A stretch of DNA of 7,797 nucleotides from positions 1 to 7,797 of the forward strand of contig CDMY01000966.1 of NCBI GenBank assembly GCA_001179505.1, in the 5' to 3' direction. Both the position numbers and the translations under genes were made by a program. The first letter of the stretch is position 1. Each line of letters opens with the position of its first letter. Below the pieces are notes generated by a model, which made no database searches, was not told the origin of the DNA, and saw only the letters and a list, made by a program, of their open reading frames with translations. This stretch comes from Vitrella brassicaformis CCMP3155. Lineage: Eukaryota > Protista > Chromerida. This document shows, in pieces, positions 1-7,531 of the stretch.

Positions 1-155
1 TGCTGCATCTGCCCTCTGCGTGCTGCGTGTTGCGTGTCCGGGTTGCAGGTTAGGGTGCCTGTTTCATGTTGGACAGACCGACAGGGGACTTGGCCGTCAG
101 GCCACCTAGGGTGCTCCCTGAAACCGCTGCGGATGAATTGCGGTGCGGAAGCGAC

Positions 156-171
156 GGAATGGAATGGAATG
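156..171. repeat. (GGAAT)3 pentanucleotide microsatellite
   Basis: ggaatggaatggaatg seen directly. Confidence 0.85.
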
Positions 172-367
172 CGGTGATGCGAGTGTGTGCAGACTCGTGT
201 ATGTGTGTGTGATGAAATGAACGAGTAAGGGTCTTCCATGAAACCGCTCCTGTTGCTGATAGGAAAGAAGAAAAGAGGAGAGGCCCGACGCAGCTACACA
301 ATGCCCCGCATTCTGCCTGCTGAGCCTGAAATCGATAGATGAATGAGTCGTGCTCAGCCGTCCTTCG

Positions 368-448
368 GTATGCCAGCCGGATTCGCCCGTCGATACATGT
401 ACCGCCCTCATGTTCCTGCCTGTCCGTCTGCATGTGTGTGTGCGTCAG
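368..448 (+). other. Candidate 5'-UTR intron upstream of gene 1 (81 nt)
   Basis: Donor cttcg|gtatgc, and acceptor gtgtgtgtgcgtcag with the TG tract typical of introns in this window. Confidence 0.45.
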
Positions 449-554
449 GGAGGGGCTCCATGGTACCCTGAGCAGCAGAGGATATTCGCCTCGGAGAAGG
501 CTTTGGAGTTCTCATCACATCGCAGCGAAGAGCATCGACTAGATACAGATAGCT

Positions 555-2668
555 ATGGAGAATGGACAGGTGCGGCGCATCACACTGATGTGATGTCTGC
601 AATGGCGCATGTGTCTGTGTCTGTGTCCACCTTTGCAGAGTGAGAGGTCTCCTGCTGCTGCTGCTGCTGCTGCGCCTTCATCTGTATCGGCATCTGCTCG
701 TGGTGGTGATGGTCGTGGTTTGAGTGAGAGGGAGGACGTCGATTGGCAGCGAATCTCGGACATGGTAAGCCGCTGACAAAGCCATGTGTACACTGACGGA
801 TTTCTCTTGCCGTCCGTGTGCTGTGTGTTTGTGTGCAGCCGGGCCTCCTTAGCATCGTCATGGCCTTCCTCCCCCTCCACCTGCTCGTCCGTGTGTCGAA
901 CCAGACGTGGCAGCAGGCGGCCCCCAGTCATCATCGCCTGGTCATCAGCGCAGAGGACAGAGAGGAGCGGTCTGTGTGGCAGCGAATGCCCCTCCCCTTC
1001 GTCAATCAGCTCGCGGCACTGCTCACACAGCTGACCTGTGTCGTCCCCTGCTACCCCATCGGCTTCCCTCTTTGGTGCTTTGACGTCTTCGTTGCCATGG
1101 TGGAGGGTCATATCGCCGCGCGGCGTGCAGCCAACATGGAAGGCGGCACACTGCACACCATCAGCATCGAGGGAGTCCACCTGACTGAGAAGGAGAGGGA
1201 GACCGTCACAAGGACACCCTCACCCCTCCCACCCCCTCTCGACACTCCCCCGGCCCTCCCCGCACTCACCACTATCGTCGGTTTGATGCGCGACCATCAG
1301 GGACTGGCTGACCGCGGCTGGCGAGTGCCGTCACTCGCGGTCGTGCGGCAGGCCGGGTGGGAGGCTGACAACCTGGGCCGATTCATCAGCTCGTCCATCT
1401 CCTTGCAGCACGTGGACGGGGGATTTGGGGGTGGCGAGTGGGCGCGTGTGTTGAAGCACATCCCTGAGACAACTGCTGGGCAGCTGGGAGGGCCACCAAG
1501 CCACTTGGAGGCCATCGGCACCATCGATCTCGGACCTCAGGATCCGGCGGTCGTCGAGCGGCTTCGGGTGATCACACAAGACAGATTGGTTCATGATGTG
1601 CCCTATGTGTGCCTTGTTGTCAGGAAGTGCTCCTGGCGCGTGGGAGTCGACGGTCGCTCGAGCAGCTGCACGTGCACCTTCCCTACGACATAGGCCGCCC
1701 CACCGTGCCCGTGCTGCTGGCTCTGGACCGGTTGGTCACCACGTGCTGCCAACATGACGCTCCCGTCACCTTCGAGTCACCAGACGGCGTGTTCGACCTC
1801 GACATTTTCTACCACAACGACCTGCCCACCTATCCGTCGCCCCCCCTGGAGTGCATGATCCAGGAGCTGGCGCGGCAGGCGACAGTGGTGCGGTACACCA
1901 TCACAGCGGACGATTTCACCGATGACGACGGCGGCCCCACCCAGTCGGCCATCGACATCGCCAAGACACTAACATTCGACAAGACCAAGAGGGTGGAGGT
2001 CCTCAACGCCTATAGCTTCCGTCCCCCCGCCAAGAGGCCGCCGCCCCACCCCTCAATCATCACCCACCTGCAGCCATTCCCAAAGGCAACATCGCTTGAC
2101 GTCCACAGCACGTCGGGTGTTGCCGCGGGCCGGCTCCTGGGGGACAAGATGGTCGTCGACAAGGTGGCGGGTGTGCTTGTCTCTGGTTTGCCGGGTGGTG
2201 AGAAGAAGGTGGGCGTGCTGACGGCACTGGGGAGGGAGAGGGAGGTGGGTGACGTGTGGATGGGTGAGTTCAAAGTGGACGAGCTGGTTGGAGCTACCGA
2301 CAGATTGCCATCGATCAAGAATCTACACCTCACTCTGACACGTGAGCACAGAGGAAAAGGAAATGCACGTGTCTTTCCGTCTTTGTTCGTGCATTCATCC
2401 CTCGTTGTCCTGTGTGTGTCTGCCTCCAGTGCCGTCTGGCTGTGTGGAGGATGCCGGCAGCTTCGTGTACGCAGGCCTCTCGTCGCTGATCGACCGCGTC
2501 AGGGGTCTGCAGCGTCTGGGGCTGAGGGCCTCCAACATGACCCCCCAGCAGCGCGGCACCATCCTGGCCTCCCTGCCTGAGGGCGCCAAGATCGATGGCT
2601 TCACACTCACACACAAGCAAGACCCGCATTGGAATTGGACAACCGTGACAGCACTTCGCGATGGCTGA
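555..2668 (+). CDS. Spliced gene, join(555..569,639..764,839..1567,1624..2341,2430..2668), 608 aa. Hypothetical protein with an N-terminal F-box-like motif, resembling a lineage-expanded Vitrella-type family.
   Basis: Four GT-AG introns (570-638 gtgcgg..ttgcag; 765-838 gtaagc..gtgcag; 1568-1623 gtgatc..tgtcag; 2342-2429 gtgagc..ctccag) join ORFs 818..1693, 1609..2580 and 2342..2668 in compatible phases (0,0,0,1). The CDS is 1827 nt with TGA at 2666-2668 and an in-frame TAG at 540-542 upstream of ATG 555. Junctions read MENGQ|SERSPAAAAAAAP..WQRISDM|PGLLSIVMAFLPLHLLVRVS..VVERLR|EVLLARGSRRSLEQL..LHLTLTL|PSGCVEDAG. Exon 4 is visibly rich in C/G-ending codons. Confidence 0.85.
652..672 (+). repeat. 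(CTG)7 trinucleotide repeat encoding poly-Ala in gene 1 exon 2
   Basis: Seen directly. Confidence 0.95.
744..915 (+). other. F-box-like motif in gene 1 (WQRISDMPGLLSIVMAFLPLHLLVRVSNQTWQ), split by intron 765-838
   Basis: By eye it fits the F-box pattern (l-s-d-L-P..l-l..I-f-s-f-L-p-l.d-L-l-r-v-s..W). No HMM search was run. Confidence 0.5.
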
Positions 2669-2932
2669 AGGTGAGGGCACCTCCGCGAAGGTCCGATTGT
2701 AGAATGATGTTCATCTCTCCTCCGTGTGTCGGCTGTTTTGTCAGGATGGCTGTCTTGGTGGACCGTAGCTCACGGGGCAGTGGTGGAGTTGCTGTGAATA
2801 GTGCTGGGTGAAATACATTCGTGTGGTGGGTGCATAGCAGTGTGCGGGTGAGTGTGTTGATGAGTAGACAGCTGTACAGAGCTGGCGGATGGGGGGTGGG
2901 GCTAACGTGCGTCGGCATGGGAAGGAGCACCT

Positions 2933-2977
2933 CACACACACACATACACACACACAGAGACAGACAGACAGACAGAC
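2933..2977. repeat. Compound (CA)n-(GACA)n microsatellite
   Basis: Seen directly. Confidence 0.95.
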
Positions 2978-3264
2978 TACATAGGCAGGCGGGGGCTTGC
3001 TCTCCCGTTGTCTGGTGTGGTGCTGGATGGTGGGTGCATACATACATACACACATACCTCTGACTGATGGATTTGTCGTGCGTCTGCCGTTGGGCGTTGC
3101 TGTCTGGCTCGCTCGCCCTTGCTTTGTCTCTCCTGCTGCCCCTTGCCCTCATCCGTTCCCCTCACTGGCTGGGACGAGAGGAAAGGCAGCAGCAGCAGAG
3201 ATGGGCACGATGGGCAAATTGAAGTGTGAGGGCGGTAGCTGCCGAGCCGCTCGGCGAGCCCGAA

Positions 3265-3309
3265 GACAGACAGACAGACAGACAGGCAGGCAGACAGGCA
3301 GACAGACAG
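3265..3309. repeat. Compound (GACA)n/(GGCA)n microsatellite
   Basis: Seen directly. Confidence 0.95.
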
Positions 3310-3579
3310 GTGCATGTATTTCGATTGCAGTGAATGACAGAGGTGCATGTATGTGTTTCGTGTGCGTGTATACTTGCGGGCATTGCATTTGACTGACTTG
3401 GGACGACTCTGTATTTCGTGTGCGTGCCGTTGGATGTCGTCAATGTATGTCAATGGATGAAGCCTTCCATGCGCCAAGTCTCAGCATGAGCCTCTCTCGC
3501 CATTCCCCTACGCAGGTTGCGTTCGCCACAGCAGAGAGAGAGAGATAAGCAAGCAAGAAAATGAGACCGTCCACACGGA

Positions 3580-3681
3580 CGCTGGCGGGCGACAGGACAG
3601 GTCCGTGCTTGCATTCTTCTTCTCAGCATGCTTTGCAGCCTCCATCCGTCCATTGACTCATCCATGCAAGGCGTCAGAGAT
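3580..3681. repeat. 102-bp perfect direct repeat, copy 1 (identical to 7466..7567)
   Basis: Base-by-base identity cgctggcgggcgacagg...gcaaggcgtcagagat. The flanks differ immediately (a3579 vs t7465; a3682 vs g7568). Confidence 0.97.
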
Positions 3682-3900
3682 AGATCTGGACGCAGGCTCA
3701 CAAAACGCACAGTCCTGATTTCGTTCTCCCTTCGTTCTCTCTGCGAGCTCGTGTCGAGCGTTTGGCGGCCGGCATCACACGGCCGGCGCTGTGTGTGTGC
3801 AAGCATCTGGATTTGTGTGTGGTATGCACTTCAGTTCAATCGATGCATGCACCACACACAGCGAGCGAGTGCGTCCGTACAGCTGACATCAAAGTGCCGT

Positions 3901-4865
3901 TCACACGAATGTCAGGACGTAGACTGGCAAGCCCTTGGCCATCTCGTTGGCTGTCGTCTCCACCGCTTGCAGCCCATCGTGCTGGATTGCGCTCAACAGC
4001 TCTTCCTTGCCCACCGCCCCCGAGTGTGTCCGGCGGCTTGCGAAGTAGTCGGCCAACTCGCGTCGTCGCTCGGCCACCGCCGACAGGTGACTTATGAGCG
4101 CTGAAAAGCCGCCAGACGAACGGGGCGTCAACACTGCAATCATCCCATGCACCACCAGAGGGCCAGAGAGACGTATCTGTGTTTACGTCGATATATCTGC
4201 GCGTCGTGTTACTTACTTGGCGCGACGCCGGCAGTTTGGCACGCCTCGCTGACCGACACCTCGATGAACGCTGCGCACACCAGAGACATCCATCGGCGTC
4301 CGGTCCGTGTCCCTACGGAATGCGATGCGTGTGCGTACCTTTTGGGTTTGTGTGTCCGGCGAGGATGTCGAGCTTGAGTTTGTCTCTCAGCGGGTTGGTC
4401 TTGTCCCACAGCAGCTTGAAGAAAGCAACCACTGCCTTGCCTGCAATGCCATGCATGGACACACACACACACACAGACAGAGATGTGCGGACAAGGAAGG
4501 ACCAGCCTGGACAAGGAGCACCGGGCAGCTCAGGGTCCTTCTCCAGATGAAACCTGCAGGAACACATAGATGGTCTGACTGGTCGATTGTGGCGTGAGGG
4601 TGTGCTGTGGTGTGCTGTTTGCCATTTGGGGTGCTGTGTCATAAGCCGAAAGTGGACGTCTCCCATGTTGAGCGGATCAGCCAACACGCCCTGAAAACAC
4701 ACACACACACACACGCACACACACAAAAGAAGAGGAGTGTGTCTCCCTCCCTCTGCCCCTCTGTGTGCATCTGTTTACTGTGAGCTCCTCTCGGATGTTC
4801 GTCCGGCGACGCAGCACCGCGATAATCTCAGCGACCGACCGATGTGTCATCCATCCACCATGCAT
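3901..4865 (-). CDS. Spliced gene, complement(join(3901..4100,4217..4270,4339..4440,4522..4553,4623..4690,4779..4865)), about 180 aa hypothetical protein. The 5' end is uncertain (ATG 4865, or acceptor at 4827 with further upstream exons).
   Basis: Phase-consistent introns 4778-4691 (gtaaac..tttcag), 4622-4554 (gcaaac..ctgcag, GC donor), 4521-4441 (gtgctc..ttgcag), 4338-4271 (gtacgc..gcgcag), 4216-4101 (gtaagt..tttcag). Product ..IIAVLRRRTNIREELTGVLADPLNMGDVHFRLMTQHPKWFHLEKDPELPGKAVVAFFKLLWDKTNPLRDKLKLDILAGHTNPKAFIEVSVSEACQTAGVAPTLISHLSAVAERRRELADYFASRR..GLPVYVLTFV*, TGA at 3903-3901. An alternative acceptor at about 4134 is also in frame. Confidence 0.7.
4459..4475. repeat. (CA)n microsatellite, read as (TG)n in intron 4521-4441
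   Basis: Seen directly. Confidence 0.9.
4554..4622 (-). other. Probable GC-AG intron (69 nt) in gene 2
   Basis: There is a good acceptor (tatgtgttcctgcag at 4554) but no suitable GT donor at the end of the preceding exon. AAATG|GCAAAC gives an in-phase W codon and matches the GTAAAC donor of the previous intron except at +2. Confidence 0.5.
4697..4724. repeat. (CA)n microsatellite, read as (TG)n just before the acceptor at 4691
   Basis: Seen directly. Confidence 0.95.
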
Positions 4866-5087
4866 TCATCTCAGGTGTAGAGTCCCAGTCGACAGCCACA
4901 TATCATGATGCACCATACACTGTACACACTTACACAGATTCACGTTGAGCCCCAGCGGCCCTTATCGACAAAAAGAGGGAGGGACAGGCAGTCAGTCAGT
5001 CATTGCGTGCATGATCAGCCCCACATAACATAAATGGACACGAAAAAGACATATATATAGTTCAGGCCGGCTGGCTGGCTGGATCAG

Positions 5088-7531
5088 TCAACAGGGTGGG
5101 GTCAAGCTGGTCTGATTGACTCGTCTGAACTCCTGGCTCCAGTCGTGGGCCTTCTTCATGTGTTCGCCGCACCTTCGGCGCACGATAAAGCCGCTATCTT
5201 CATCAATCCGATCCACGCACGCACTCAGGGACGAGGCGAAACCCCACACCAGGTAGATTAGAACGATAGCCGCAATCGACAACCAGTACCGAAAATAATG
5301 GGGGCATTGCGAATTCCAAGCCGACACGACGTCACTCACGAAAATGCCGCTTCTCTCCTCGGGAAGTTTCGGCGTACTTTGTGAGCTTTCTGGACGCCCC
5401 TGATCAGAGCCCCTCACAACCACCACGGCATCACAGCTTGGCACGGTCCGCTCGCCACTGCGCCTTGGCATTAACCGCGACACGCCACTCCACGCCAGGC
5501 TGGCCCAATAGCCAAGCTTCAAACGGTCGGCGGCTGTCTCGGGGAACATCGCCCAGAATACGTCGCTGACCAGCTCTCCTAAAGAGGCACACACACACAC
5601 ACACACACACATACGGATGCGAGACGGAGTTAAGCGGTCATTGTTTGTGTCATGCCTTGGGACACGTACGTACCCATGACTTGGATGGCGGCCTGGGTGA
5701 GGATCAACTTTGCTGAAAAGTTGCCGAATTCGTCGCTTATTCCATAGAAGAGCAGCACCATAGGTGCAATGCAGACGGCAAAGGCCTCTGCCATAATATG
5801 CGCTATCGGCACAGTGTGGTAGAAAGCAGTGGACCCCTCGATGAGAGCCACCATCTCCAGAGGCCCAACATCAATCTTGCAGCAGCGTTTCAGCAGGCGC
5901 CGGACGGGCGCATAGCACCATTTGTTGAAGCGTCTGATGTGATGGCAGTCGACGCTGTAGCAGTAAACGTGGAATCGGATCTCTAGCATCACAGAGAGCA
6001 CCTCCGCAAGCACACCCACCCACACCTCTCTCACCGTGCCCTGAATAAGCGCATGAACGAGGACGCGAACTTATGAACTGATGAACATGCAATCTTCTGC
6101 CGTCTCGGCTCGTTTTCGTTTGTCGTGTGTTCATTGTTGCCTTACCTGCAAGAGTCTGGTCATAATACTGATTCCCAGGACGGCCGGGACATAGAGAATA
6201 TGCCTGTACTCTGCTCCAACGTGGGTCAATCGCAGGCAGAGCATTCGCATGAGAAGCAGTCCCCCTTCCGCAAAGACAAAGATTGCAACGCGAACTACGA
6301 GAAAGCTCATCCCGGCCTCAAGGTAGCCCAGCCCGAGAGGCACCAAGACTAACTGCAGACAGACAGTATGGGGACGTCCGATAAATGGCTTGTTGTACAT
6401 ACACACACACAGTGCATATGCGCGAGTTCAGAACAACACATGTACGTACGTACCGATGTCACGAAGCAGAGAAGTGTGTATAGTGCCAAGAAGAAGAAGC
6501 CCTGCAGGACATCACTCGGTTTGACGGCACGTGTACAGTACAGCATAGATACAAACGTACCGCGCAGACGTGATGAGGAGGGCTCCAGTAACAGCTGATG
6601 AACATTATCGTCGGCACCCATATGACCACACTGCGCAGTGTCCAAACTGTATTGCCGACGGCGTCTTCCAGCAGAATCCTAACACATCAACACCAACAGA
6701 GCCGCATACGGATAGTAAGTGGCCTGCCTGCCTGTTTGTGAGTCGGTCAGGCTGTGTGTGCAATTGTGTGTGTGCCTGCCTGCCTATCTGTCTTACCCTT
6801 GCCATCGATATGCGAAGTCGAATGCAATGCTGGCCACGCCAAAAATATAGCCTGCGAGCACCATTATAGTCACACGCCGGCGTCCCTTAGCAGTCGGGTT
6901 GACACCAGGGACTTGGTTCAAAACGAGCAGCAAGAAGAACTCAGACAGGGCATAGACTGCACACACACACACAGAGGGAAGGCGCGTCAGTCGATGGCGC
7001 CCTTGCGGCGTCGGTTGCTCACCCACCTGTATATGAGAAGGCGCTCCAGACGAATTCGGCGATTGTGAATTTTTCAGTTTTCTTTCGCATCTGTGTTTCC
7101 TTCTGAATCTGCACGCCATTCAATGCGTAGTGCACCTGAACATCAGCAAGCGGACAGAGCAAGGCAAATGACGGACAACGGGTCTAGCTTTGATTCTTGG
7201 CGGTCTTAAATGATCTCACCACAAAACCTATGACAGCAGCGACGAACGCGAGGCATTGCAGCTTCAGCATCAAGCAGGCGATCTCCAGCCAGCGGCTCCT
7301 CCCCTTCTGGTGCCGCTTCCGTAGATCATCAGGAAGCAGTGACAGCGTGATGTTCTCTGCCGCCCCGAGGCCTCGTGGGGAAGCTGTATCGATGCGCGTC
7401 TGGCTCCGTCGCAGTTGAAGGGACTCGGTCGCCGTGTGATGAAGTGCAGGGGAGCTGAGGCTCCTCGCTGGCGGGCGACAGGACAGGTCCGTGCTTGCAT
7501 TCTTCTTCTCAGCATGCTTTGCAGCCTCCAT
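5088..7531 (-). CDS. Spliced gene, complement(join(5088..5578,5674..6040,6146..6352,6454..6501,6561..6678,6797..6956,7027..7135,7220..7531)), 603 aa multi-pass membrane protein of unknown function (about 11 hydrophobic segments)
   Basis: Seven GT-AG introns (7219-7136, 7026-6957, 6796-6679, 6560-6502, 6453-6353, 6145-6041, 5673-5579) join in phases 0,1,2,0,0,0,1 to give an open 1812-nt CDS. It links ORFs 7184..7531, 6793..7119, 6349..6645, 6131..6406, 5630..6034 and 5088..5612. Hydrophobic runs include CLAFVAAVIGFVVHY, VYALSEFFLLLVL, IMVLAGYIFGVASIAF, VVIWVPTIMFISCYW, GFFFLALYTLLCFVTSLVLVPLGL, ILYVPAVLGISIM, IMAEAFAVCIAPMVLLFY and WLSIAAIVLIYLVWGFASSL. There is an in-frame TGA just upstream of ATG 7531. 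Confidence 0.85.
5588..5611. repeat. (CA)n microsatellite, read as (TG)n just before the acceptor at 5579
   Basis: Seen directly. Confidence 0.95.
6959..6972. repeat. (CA)n microsatellite, read as (TG)n abutting the acceptor at 6957
   Basis: Seen directly. Confidence 0.9.

Larger units (their letters stand above)
2900..3645 (-). pseudogene. Possible spliced, degenerate or mostly non-coding transcript starting in repeat copy 1 (micro-ORF of 40-45 aa followed by intron-like segments)
   Basis: ATG 3645 is copied from gene 3. Candidate - strand introns are 3580-3508 (gtccgt..cgtag), 3397-3239 (gtcagt..ggcag, TCTG-rich) and 3057-3012 (gtatgt..accag). The microsatellites have the polarity seen in - strand introns. 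No long spliced ORF with a start codon was found. Confidence 0.25.

Noticed and set aside
49-142. Exon-like segment (ttgcag|...|gtgcgg) at the window start
   Set aside because: The splice-like ends are plausible, but no frame can be joined to downstream exons without stops and upstream context is missing.
539-1180. 213-aa antisense ORF, also 2010..2333, 1297..1524 and 1331..1594
   Set aside because: Shadow ORFs opposite the GC3-rich gene 1, which has phase-consistent splice sites. There is no independent coding signal.
3241-3255. Small hairpin gccgag-ccg-ctcggc
   Set aside because: A 6-bp stem with no U-tract or other context; chance level in GC-rich DNA.
2607-3477. ORFs 2607..3152, 2977..3477 and 2997..3392 as intact single-exon genes
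   Set aside because: They run through microsatellites, giving CVCV/SVCL/RQTD repeats. They are treated only as part of a low-confidence spliced remnant.
3601-3670. + strand intron-like reading of the repeat (cag|gtccgt..gcaag)
   Set aside because: No + strand coding context at either copy. The - strand reading as the gene 3 start explains the sequence better.
3628-4104. + strand ORFs 3628..4104 and 3762..4097
   Set aside because: Antisense shadows of the last exon of gene 2 plus non-coding sequence.
6628-6641. 14-bp perfect palindrome acactgcgcagtgt
   Set aside because: It lies inside a coding exon, and about one such palindrome is expected by chance in a window of this size.
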